A stretch of 64,000 nt of DNA from Perkinsus olseni (lineage: Eukaryota): NCBI GenBank assembly GCA_013115125.1, contig JABANN010000044.1, positions 1-64,000 on the forward strand, given 5' to 3'. The translations under genes were made by a program, and so were the position numbers. Below are positions 1-11,100 of the stretch, piece after piece (position 1 is the first letter of the stretch; each line of letters begins with the position of its first letter). The notes under the pieces are model-generated. The model saw nothing but the letters and a program-made list of their open reading frames with translations. It searched no databases and was not told the origin of the DNA.

Positions 1-4
1 ACAC

Positions 5-145
5 CAGGGGCGTTATGATCACGCGTTTTACACCGAGTGTGTATAACACATTTCGCGTTTCACGCGTTATATGTGGTATTTCAGGCCATAACGCGTTGTG
101 TTATGCGTTATGCGTTAAACACTAACGTTTTACATAACGGGGGTG
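5..145. repeat. Possible MITE or DNA-transposon end: imperfect terminal inverted repeat plus internal CGTTA/TAACG repeats
   Basis: CAGGGGCGTTATG at 5-17 versus CATAACGGGGGTG at 133-145; many CGTTA(T)/ATAAC units between them; no target-site duplication visible at the window edge. Confidence 0.3.
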
Positions 146-1555
146 AAACTCCATTGTGTCATATCATCGTATCTTCGGGTGCGCAGTGTCATCACGCCGA
201 CGGAAGATGACGGAAGATCCATAACTATCAAAACCGTGCAAGCTTAATTACACCCACCTCAGGATACTGCATGGACGTGACTACGGCCGGAGTCCTCGTC
301 TTAGCAGGCATGAGCACCGAACCGGACAAATAGAAATCCAGTTGCGAGCGGAATGAAGTTCATCTCGCATATGCCGAGAGTAATTCCCCGATTCAAGAAC
401 TATGCTGAATCTCCGAGTCCTGCGGGAATCTCTGCCCGAGCCTCTCACAACTCCTCCCTTAGAAGAAGGTATCCCCATCTTTGTACACGTACCGAGCAGG
501 GGGACGTTTCCAGGAAAAATGTCGTCGCTAGTAGGTATGTAACGTCTCCACACGACATTTTGTAGTAGCCACAAGCCCCGTTCAGTGTCATAGGCTTATC
601 ATCAGCTGTCTCGATTACGTGGCGGACCCTTTAAGCGTCACCTTTATTCTATACCCTTGAGGAATTACGAGGGAGTTAATGCCTGTCTTGAGAGAGCCTC
701 GGCTGCACACTTCGATCCGCTGGCTACTGTCCCCCCTAGCTAGCTGTCCCCCCTGAGTCTACTTCGAACAAGTTAAACAGGATACAGAACTCACATCCGG
801 GGCGGTGCTGTTAGAGACCGAGTGATTTAGAGCACAACACCCGAGCTTGCCGTCTATTTTTTTCATCTGCTGTCATCCGCCACTTAGCTTCAGCGTGCCT
901 TCTTATCGAAGCATGAAAGGATCAGCGGAATACACTTCAATACGCAGGATTGAAGGATTAGAGAATCTCTACTAGAGATGGGAGACGACAGATGCGACTC
1001 GCATCGGGAACCTTGCATGAGTTGGGGTTTTATCATTAGAACTGCACCTCATATAACATTGTCCTACCGAATGTATTCTCGACTCCTTCATAGGCTTGGT
1101 GTCACGGGGAGACAGTGACGCATCTTGCTCAAGCCACCGGCCCTAATTTCCCTCGGCGCCCCACGAGCTGTAACACGTTACCGCCTATTTACCTGGTGAA
1201 GGGCTTCGGTAAAGAGTTGAGGCGTTCCCTGGCGATATTGATACGGGATGTTAAGTAGCTACGGTGTCTGCAGCACCGGCTATTGTAGAGGGGCTGAGCA
1301 TCGCTGGGTGGACTATCTCACTGCATCGCGAAACCTCCGGCTTGGGTGCATGACGCTGCTCCTACGCGTTTCTACTGGTATGTAATACGCATCGCAGTTA
1401 TTCTACGCCACGAGCTGTACAGATTACACCATCAGCCATTCTCACTGGCTCGTTCTACTCGAGCTCGATCGCCACTTCCCTTGACTCGAACAAACACAGC
1501 GCGTCGGGTCGTCTTAGGCGACTCAGCCAACGCATCTTGATGAGCCTTACCGTTC

Positions 1556-3150
1556 ATGCTCGTACAATCTCTCAACCGCTTGTTTTCAGGACTCGGCGTT
1601 GAAGTACTTATGTCCGAAAGCCTCCCCCTCATGATGAACCGCGCCGGTTCTCTGTCGAATCCCCAGAGGGCAGACTATGATACTCGTCTACGAGGTTGTC
1701 GCCTCTCTACCATCTTGATGGATCGTTCTTTCCTACGTAGCGTCAAGAGTCGTGAAGATGCAGCCGTCACCTCGGTACCGGCCGTCTTCATCGATTTTTT
1801 CTTAAGCCATTCATGGTATGCTGATGGCTTCTGGAAACAGATGGCTCTTTTCATTTGTTGTAGTGTCACCTCTACCTACATAATCGCGCTTATCCCCTCA
1901 TCTCTCGTAGCAGCACATCTTCTATATGTGAGCATTCGAAACGGAACTGGATTGAGCTGGACGGTAAACGGATTCGACTTAACCGTATTTACTTTCGGTC
2001 TTGTATCATTCCTACTCGCTCTTATCATCATCCCGTTATATAAGCATCGTAATACGATGGTATTTCTCGATAAATGTTGTATACCACAGAATGACCCCAT
2101 TGCCAAGTCCTATGGTATATCCAGGCTAGCAGACTATCTTCATGTATCGAACAAGTTATTGATACTCTGGTCTCCTGATTACCTCGATCGCCTCTGGTGT
2201 GTCTACGAGTTGGCCGTCTTCCTGCGGACTCATAAGAAGGAAGATGTTATCTTGGTTAATCTGAACCACCTCGAGCTCTGTATGTCACTGATGATCGTGC
2301 AGTCATTCAGTATTGTCACACTTCTCTTGATAGAGCCGTGGAAAGCGGATCTCGTCGACATTGTATGTGGTATGGCTATGATCGCGAGTGTCTTATTAGA
2401 TCGTGGGGCCCTCAGCTGTAGCGAGGAGTGGCGAAAGTTCCGTTCTGAAGTCAAGCGTTTTAGCGTTCGCGGAGCCAAGTGTTCATCATCAGCGGACTAT
2501 GACACCCTGAAGCAGCTCAATGAGCTGCTTCAGGGTGTCATGCTGAGCTCATCACTGATATGTATGGTTCGGAGGAGAGCTTCGCCACGGTGGTGCGAGG
2601 TATCTGGTTGGGTGAAGGCGAGGACAATAATCACTCCACTTGCTTGCTCTCGAGAACTTCGCTGCGAGTCATTTGTGCTCCGTACATCCCTCTTCTTATC
2701 GCACGTATTTCATGGGTCATCACACTTTTATTCCCACCACAGCTCGACGGTAACGTAGTATCCTTACTTCCGATCTATGATGTTGGTGTAATGCGTGAAG
2801 ACTTACCGAGTGCTCTGGAGGTCTTCATGTGGGATTTACGTACCTCAATAATACCAATACTCATGCTGTGCTTCCGTGCCCCCTTGATGCTACTCGCTGG
2901 ACATAAACTGGCAACAAGTTCGATTTCTGAAAGGGTTGCCAAATGGCATCTTGGTATCATTCACGCCACATTTTTCAGTGCTTATATTATTTTGACACGT
3001 GTGGTCTGTGGCTGGCAGAACTTCTATTTCCCCCTCCGACAAGGTCTGATGAATATGGCGATGGGAGAAGCAATCCACTGGGCGTATAGTGTCGCCGCTG
3101 TAACTGTTATATCCTCGGTCTTATCGAAGTCATATGCACGAAACCCTTAA
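1556..3150 (+). pseudogene. Intronless multi-TM protein with a TIR-like domain, frameshifted by a 32-nt insertion (2519-2550)
   Basis: TIR motifs DFFLSHSW, VFLDKCCIPQ and LLILWSPDYLDRLWCVYELAVF with hydrophobic helices; removing 2519-2550 joins ORF 1556 to ORF 2560 in frame (YDTLKQL-ITDMYGSEESF). Confidence 0.8.
2499..2541. repeat. Perfect fold-back palindrome, 21-bp arms, 1-nt spacer
   Basis: ATGACACCCTGAAGCAGCTCA-A-TGAGCTGCTTCAGGGTGTCAT. Confidence 0.95.
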
Positions 3151-3469
3151 ATGCGTTACCGCTGTCGCCCAAGTAAAGCCCACGCGAAGCCCACGAGTAT
3201 CAATGACCCAGTAAATTTATTTGTCTTTCGAGCTACACTGCACAGTGCAGTCTGCACTACAACAAAAGAGTTTTGAGTTCTCGATGAGTTGCAGGAGTCA
3301 CCGTTCTCGATTCATGAATGGCAGCAGATCCTTAGTCCAGCTGACGGCCCTGGAGGGGAAGGCAATCTTCCCCCAAAGACAAAATAAGATCATCAGCTCT
3401 CCGAAAGCTTTCCAGTGGTTTTCATTTTTGAGCATCACGGAAAATGCAAGAATTGCTAGCGTTAGCGGA

Positions 3470-4015
3470 CCGCAGGCCGACAGAGATGAATACCATCAAA
3501 CTCCCGCACGCCTTGAAAACAATATTTACATCAGTAAAACGCGTCGTCACGCTCTCATAAACGCTATTACACTCGGAGTTACAACCGGGAGAGCCCCAAA
3601 AGTAAGCGAATCAAGCATCGTATATGCTACAGGCTGCTCCACCAGGATACCACTTTCTGCCGAATGCCTCAATCTCGTGAGATTCACCTTGCAAAACGTT
3701 ACTCGTTCGAAGCGAGAGAGGTTCAATATAAGTTCCGTTGCAATGATGATCAATGTCGGCAAGGAGCTTCTTAAGGACGCTGACGTCAGAGTCAAGGTCG
3801 AGCGAAACGGCTGGCAAATCGTTATAGACAAGAATGATACCGAGAACCTTCAAGTAGCTTTTGCTGGGGTCTTGATCACCGCCGTTGCCGCCAACTGGAA
3901 TGAGGGGGTGAAATCATACATCCCCAGGCGGTCCGGACGTCAACGTACCATCCGTGCGATGAATCGAGAGCTACAGGTAGAGTTGTCTTCACCTCATGCC
4001 GCCGGGGCGGCTTGA
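3470..4015 (+). CDS. 5'-truncated paralog of the hypothetical secreted protein at 5162-6560 (possibly a pseudogene)
   Basis: IPLSAECLNLVRFT...VGKELLKDADVRVK...NWNEGVKSYIPRRS...SPHAAGAA aligns with ORF 6147..6560; the 3' flank is also similar. Confidence 0.6.
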   Translation, partial: PQADRDEYHQTPARLENNIYISKTRRHALINAITLGVTTGRAPKVSESSIVYATGCSTRIPLSAECLNLVRFTLQNVTRSKRERFNISSVAMMINVGKELLKDADVRVKVERNGWQIVIDKNDTENLQVAFAGVLITAVAANWNEGVKSYIPRRSGRQRTIRAMNRELQVELSSPHAAGAA

Positions 4016-5161
4016 AGACGTGGCATCGCCGACGAGTTTGCTATCGCCAGCGGCTTCTTTCACATGATGTTGATTGATATTGATGTTAAATGATATCTTG
4101 CGTTGAAGTGGACGAGGTCTTTGACTCAACAACGCGGCAGCCCCATCGACGACGTGAGCAATGAAAAGGCTCAAGATGGTTCAGGTCTAAGAGAGACAGA
4201 TCCCTTACATACTGTAGACTACCGCGAGCCGTGGTCCGCGACTACGAGAGAGAAGACGTGGATTTTCTGTCGATGTTCGGTTCAGGATTGTCGGGCTCGG
4301 AACGCTGAACACCAATAACGATGATCAAGGAAGGTGTCTCGGAGTATCCGGACTGGATTAGAATTCTGGCCCGGTATCTCCTAGTGTATTTAGGTGTAGA
4401 ACCCAGCATGAAGAGACTGAGCTTATAGTGGACGAGATGGAGTAGTTGAAGGGATTGGCTGATAATGCGAAGCTAGTATGAGCTAGTATTGCGTTATGTA
4501 GACAGTGCACTGATACACGGCATTCATAGGTGCATTTCGATTGAGTAGCGCAGCGTTTCTCGGTATGATTGCATGGATCGAGCCGAGCAGAATGGGTGAG
4601 AAGGGGACAAAAGAGGGCGGTTAGTTGGGAGGTGGATATATTTCAGTAAGTTTTGGTATATTTTTGTTGAAAAGTACAACTTGAGACGCAGAAATAGAAA
4701 TATAGGTCGAGAAGAAATAAAAGCCATGTAATGGTTGTTTTGTAATGGCCCAACACGGTTAAGAGTGTATGGAATGAGCGAATACTTGCAGTATGCGGGT
4801 ACATGCAACAAGAGTGCAGGAAAGGCTCGAGTGAGAATGGCACGAAGGAAGGTGACGAGTTGAGATACGAGGATGCGTTCGAGTGTTGTTGAGATGAAGT
4901 GGCAGGGTAGAGGGAGGAGAGTGGAGTGAGAGGGGGGGGGCGCTCGCGAAGAAGATCGGAGGGAGATACTGTAGTAAGTTTAAGTTGGGAGACAACGAGT
5001 CCTTGGAATGTGCGTGCAGGGAATTTGCAAAACTATTTGGAAAATAAATCGGAAGATAGGTAAATCATTATGAGACATCAGAAGAGAAGCTGCCGAATGG
5101 ATGATTCGCACTCGTCAGGCATCCTGAGGTCGTGACCACACGTCCCTTGTTGCAGCCCTCA

Positions 5162-6560
5162 ATGCATGTCTTCAGCATCAGCTTGCTCGCTGTTACCATC
5201 CGCCCCGCCAGAGGGGCAAGCGCTGCCAACACCGTGAGTCGTGCTACATGCGTGAGCTGCTGATCATCCCTTTTCTCTAGTCTGCTCGCGTATGTAGGCT
5301 GACGTGTTACAAGCCCCTCCCGTTGAAAGCTGTACTGTCACCGCTAATTACTCTTCCGAGGAGAGCGAGAACATGACTATGAGAGCTGACGGATTCGAGT
5401 TCACTCCTGTAAGCCTTGAGGGCGCCACCAATCAGATGGCATCAAGTTGGCCAACGCCAGATTTCAACGCCATTCCTGGTCGATGCGGCCCTCGGATACC
5501 TTTTTCTTCTCGTAGCGATGGGCGTCAGTGACCGCGAAGTATGACCGGAGGCTGAAGACCTATTTTGTAGACCATGCTTCGGTTCTGTTCACGTAAACCC
5601 GGAGGGATGTCGGCTCACAATTGAATCACTCTCTCGCTTTTTGCTGTCCTCGTAGGGAGACGATCCTTTTCGGCGAATATTACAGACTGCGCCACCATGT
5701 TAGCCCCGGAGACTTATCATTCGATGACATGCAGGACTACATCCTTGGAAGCGGCCATGATTGTGAAGATAGCATCGTTAAAGGCGCGAGGAGCTTCCTT
5801 AACCGAAGCAACACACTCGAAGATGATCACATCCGACGAAAATTTGACGCCGAGCTCGCTAAGAAACCCGACGCTTCCTCTGCAGCCATCATCTACTATC
5901 ATTTATCCCACCATGAGAGGTATTCTCACACTGAAACCTTGGTGGTTTTCAATCAAGATCCTCAGGAATTTGATCCGGTAAGACCAGCTACGATTCCCGC
6001 AAATTACGGTATAGTGTGGCTGTTCATTTCAAGAATCGTCCCCTGTCACCGTTATTCGCGGTCTGGAGTGGAAAGCGTGATCACGCTCTGATGAACGCTA
6101 TCACTTTCGGAGTTCCCCGAACCGAAAGAGCCTCGAAGTAAGCGAATTGAGCATCCGCTGTTTGGTCTACCATGACTCCCATAACTTCAGGATACCCCTT
6201 TCTACTGAAGGTCTCAATCTTGTGAGATCTACCTTTCGGCACATCTCTCTCTCAAAACGACAGAGGTTTAATACGAGTTTCCCGGGAATGATGGTCGATG
6301 TCGGTAAGGAGCTCTTGAAGGACGCCAACGTCAGAGTCAAGGCCGAGCAGGATGGCTGGAATATCGAAATAGACGAGAACGATGTTGATAACGTCCAGAT
6401 GGCTTTGGCTGAGGTTCTGACCATCGCCGTGGCCACTAATTGGAATGAGGAGGTGAAGTCGTACATCCCGAGACGCTCGAGGCGTCACACCGCTCTCCGT
6501 GGGATGAATAGGATGATGCACGTGGAGGCTGCTTCACCTCATTTACCCGGGGCAGCCTGA
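5162..6560 (+). CDS. Multi-exon hypothetical protein with a probable signal peptide
   Basis: MHVFSISLLAVTIRPARG followed by a GTGAGT donor; ORFs 5304, 5621 and 6147 separated by GT-AG introns; paralog at 3470-4015. Confidence 0.6.
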
Positions 6561-6671
6561 AAAGACATCGCAAGTGACGTCTTCCACATGATGTTGATTG
6601 ATGTTGAATACGATATCTTGTGCTGAAGTTTGTATGTATGTTCTTAAGGTTGGAATACAATGAAGAGGAGT

Positions 6672-6707
<36 letters not shown>
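6672..6707. repeat. (ATG)12 microsatellite
   Basis: Direct reading. Confidence 0.95.
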
Positions 6708-7039
6708 CCAGAGTCCGATCGTTCTCTTCGGACAGTTAGGGCTTCGGCGAAGACTGTAGAACCGTCTCCATTCATTCACTTGTGGAAGAGCGCATCCTTC
6801 GCCTGTGCCGAGAATAACAAGTCCCGGTGGTGATATGTTTCCGGAGAATACTCGTATGGGAAGGCGTACCGTTCTGAGGGGCTCTGATACGTTCTTATCA
6901 TAAGCTGATTCGATCTCTTGTGGGCAGGATTCTCTTCCACTACTCCCAATTCTCCACTAATTAGCGACTCGTGTCACGAGTCTCGTGATACAAAGTCATG
7001 GCAGAACATCAGAAACACGATAAACAGCCCCTGCATACT

Positions 7040-7793
7040 TCATGTCCATTCACTCCCTACTGACGGGCTCTCGGCGGCCGGAATGCTAACCGACTTGCCG
7101 GGATCCTCGCGAGGCTGCTGTTCGGTGGTCGTCTGGATTGACAAGTCTGGCTTTGTGTCGGTCAAAATCTGAAGAAATCTGGTAACTTCGGTATAGCATA
7201 TCTTACTAACCTGAGAGGCCACGATATCTCGGAGCATGAAGTCCGTTCTTGCTGTAGGACATGGCAGAAGGTAGTCGCATGATTCGAGGATCTCGGGATG
7301 CTCACTGAGCTCTCGGTTGGTGACCACCATCATCACTGGTACATTTATTTGCTGACAGCGGAGCGAAGCAGCTCAGGATGGTAAAATTAGTTCAATCGCT
7401 GCTCTACATGTAGTGCCTTGACGTAGAGCACGGGGTCCAAACACATGATGAGATGATAATGGGCTGATGCTGTAGCGATAACCGACATGTCCATGCGTGC
7501 TGAATGATACCAACCATGATCGAAACTCGTCTTGCAAGCATCGTTACCTTTCGAGAACTGCAGACCCTCGAAGTGATTTTTCCAACTTACCCCTCCTTGA
7601 TTCTTGCTGCCTGAATACTAATCATCACTATTCGATCCTTATAAGCGGGGGTCTCACCAATGACCAGTACAGGAGCGTTGTTCTCCTTCAAGAGCTTAAG
7701 AAACTTGAAGCTTCTCTTATAGTTCATCAGCATCGTGTACGGGTCCGCTATATACTGGACCGTTACTTTGTTAGAAATACGATTGAAGTTCAT
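7040..7793 (-). CDS. Multi-exon protein resembling a divergent, reduced ribosomal uS2 (mitochondrial-type)
   Basis: Spliced reading QYIADPYTMLMNYKRSFKFLKLLKENNAPVLVIGSK...YHLIMCLDPVLYVKALH-QINVPVMMV resembles the uS2 pattern IIDLxxT...ILFVGTK...PDLIVVxD...EAxxxxIPV; GT-AG introns. Confidence 0.45.
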
Positions 7794-8049
7794 GGCCGCC
7801 AACAACAACAACAACTGGTCGTTCGGGCAAACCGCTCCTGGGTTACACTCTAACTCAATCAAATCCGACTTTACGACAACAACCTCGGTAAATGAGTCAA
7901 AAAGGCTCATGCTAAGACTTCGGCATCATGCGGAGTAGCTTCTGTAACTGAGGACACACTTTCATACCGCTCGACTATTCCCGTAGAAGGCAGCACAATG
8001 ACGAGGGGTGCTCAGTGCTGGACGAGTTCCGACTCTTCTACGCAGACAA

Positions 8050-8116
8050 GTCCAGTAGATGATAGCAGCACCCATCTCTAACGGTTAGAGATGGGTGCTG
8101 CTATCGTCTACTGGAC
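8050..8116. repeat. Intergenic fold-back palindrome, 33-bp arms, 1-nt spacer, one T:G mismatch
   Basis: GTCCAGTAGATGATAGCAGCACCCATCTCTAAC-G-GTTAGAGATGGGTGCTGCTATCGTCTACTGGAC. Confidence 0.95.
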
Positions 8117-8170
8117 GACGTCAACTCTAAGGTGAGACTCTCACCTCAGCATGCTGCTTCTTCAGGACGA

Positions 8171-11100
8171 TCATATCCTGCTTCTTGCCGCCAGGGAAAA
8201 CGACCTCTGAGAGCTTCTTAGATTCATGTGCTCGCCGGAATCCCTCAGTGATGTCCATAGCCTCCCGTCGGCGCCTAAGAACGTACTCTCAGGCGTAAGC
8301 CCCATGCGTGGATGAACTGACCTTCGCTCCGTCGGCGTCATATACTTTGTCGTACGATTGAGGGAATGCTTATTGAACAACATGCCAGTATCAAAGAGCT
8401 CTTTTTGATCAGATCCTTTAATGATGTCTCGGAAACGCTTGGATTCAACTTTAAGATGCTTCTTTGTGAAGGCCACCTTCGAGTCATCCAAGTACAATCT
8501 CTGCACAGAAAACATCAGACGTAGAGGTACGGTCGACTACCACTCCAACGGGACATGCTCAAGCAGCAGGACGACCAGCCGACAACAGCAGCGGCAGCTC
8601 ACTCTGAGAACTTCGTCATGCTCCCTTCGCTCCTCTGCATGAAGGAATGTGCTGAACATGTCGGACCCGTGCACAGAACCACGACGGCCCTTGCGGTGAC
8701 GCGACAAGGATTGGCTCGACTTCTCCTGTCCGGTCATCTGGAAAAATAACAAGTCGGGATAATTCGCTCTTCTGTCAGCTATCGGCAGGCTCACCGTCTC
8801 CGCAGCTGATAGACCCAGGACTTTTCGAGCGTGTTCCAATTCACTCAGACTGGACGTCTCTACGGCCTACCATGGAGTAGCGCTGCGCAGCCGATAAAGT
8901 CGCGTCCCCACCCTTCTCTTATGGATGTCACTATCGCTCTTAGCATGAGACGAGGCACGAAGGAGCGAAGATATAATCTTCTCTGACGGAGGCGGAGCGA
9001 AGCACGCGATTGACGATCGACCTGAGTGGGGAGAGGACTTGGTATCATATCGATCGAACGGTAGACAGCATCACCTGCGGCGATCGTGAGCCTCCGCCGA
9101 AGGGCAGCGGCTGTGAGGCAGCCCTCCTTCTCGTAGTCGAGGGCGTTGAAGACCGCCACAAGAGCAGGACGGGATAGGACCTAGGGCGGGCAGCTCGGTA
9201 CAGTGATGCTCTAGCAAGGATGACCATGCGGTACGGTGATAGTAGCGTAGACCACTACACGAGAGGATGATAAACTCCCTATTGAGATGACTGAACGTGA
9301 TGGCTGAGTGAATGATCTCACCCCCAGCTTGAGGGTCCTTAAGGAGGTATCCAAATCTGTCATAGTAATAGAATCCGGCCGGCCCCGCACTGCCGCTATA
9401 CAATCAACTGCCGCTGTCATATTGCCGAAGACCCCTAGAAGGTTGCTGGCCAACTCTCGTACAAGTCTGAGGGCGAAACCTCCCGAAATGCCGAGCGTCG
9501 TGCCACCAAGGCAAAGTGGATGATCTTCTGCGCTCACTTCCGCTGGGTGGGTTGGAGTTTGGATAACCATTGCTCGGGCCCTAGGAGGTATATACTTCTT
9601 CTCTCAACCTCCTCCTGATAGACCCGTCCAGGCCTCATCACAAGGGTTTTGACTTACCACCCAGCCTCCACTAGGACAGGACGACACCTTCGAAACAGCG
9701 GCGTTGGAGTAGCTCTCAAGCGCGATATCCAGATCTAGTTCCTTCACCCGATTAACAGACTCCTTCTCGATTCGAGTCATCTCATCGAGCAATGCCTCCA
9801 ACTGATCGAAGGCGCCACTGCCCGAAGAAAACGGTCGGGCGTACCCACCTGCGCTTGCGCCTTCCTCTTCATGCTCTTACAACAGATCTCCTGCTCCCGG
9901 ATCTCTCTAAGCTCAGCCATGCGATTCTCAACCTGAAAAATCCAGTAAAAACGCCGCTGCCCGGAAACGAACTCACGTCGCTTCTAATCGTCCACCATCG
10001 ACCTGTTAGGTTCCCCAATCGATCAGTAACAACGTTCAGTTTCGACCTCAGAACCTCGCCATCCAAGCTGCCACTGATATGCTCTGCTACAACACATAGA
10101 AATCCACACCGCGCTGTCCAAGGCCGCTGCCAACCCACCCATCGTCGAGTCCGGCGTGTACCGGTCTGATGATGCCTCCGTCCTCTCTCTGCCTCCAGTC
10201 AACTGTGGGCTCAAGTCCGACGACTCCTAACCAACCCACATGCCAACTGCTGCCCCTCGCTGAGCCTTACAGCTGTCTGACTCGGCGACCGGGAGGAGTC
10301 CGAAGCAGTGCTGTTCGCGTCCACTCCCCGAGCTATGAACTTCTCTCGGGTTTGACTAACTGCCTCCAACAGCCTCTCCTTCAGACCAGCGGAATCCGAC
10401 CAGGCAACCGAAGGTCGTAGAACCTACCGTGAGCTCTCTCCGCGTCGGAGGCTGCTTCGAGGCGTCCTCCTCCGAGGCCTGCGCGCGGCTCTTCCTGAAT
10501 TCTTCCGCAACATCGTTGATGGTAGCAGAGAATGATTCCACCATCGTACCTGATACCACCGCCTCCAGGCCTGAGAGGAACCCCAATCGGTGCCTACCAG
10601 CGGACCCTTGCCTCTCTGATCCATATGCCGCGTCTTCCACTGGTGCGATCGACAGCTCATGCGAAGTCCCAGCCTCAGCCACTGCTGACGACTTCCTCAC
10701 TGACATGAGGTGGGCTCAGTCCGCAGGGGAGGTCGAGTAGATAATAGCCCGGATCGGAGGGTACAACCAGTCCATCAGCATGCCCCCCTACCTGGAGTAC
10801 CGCCATCAGTTGATAGCTCCTTCAGAGTTTGGTCCCACTGTACTGCACCACCCCTACGGAACTTTGGATGGCACAGATGCTTCAAAAAGATAGTCTTGGA
10901 AATGGGAGACTCCCTATGAACAACGAAACCTCAGAAGGTTGGTCCCTAATCAAACCGCCTACATGCCCTCCACCACACTCTGCTCGATGGCCCTCCGTGC
11001 CGAGACGATGTCTGTCATCTTCCTTTCGAGGACCTCCGCCAGCGTTAGGAGACCCAAGTTCGTACCTCAGGGAAGTCAACTATCGCCAGCACTGGTGAGC

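Noticed and set aside
6543-6779. Poly-His ORF
   Set aside because: Artefact of the (ATG)12 microsatellite.
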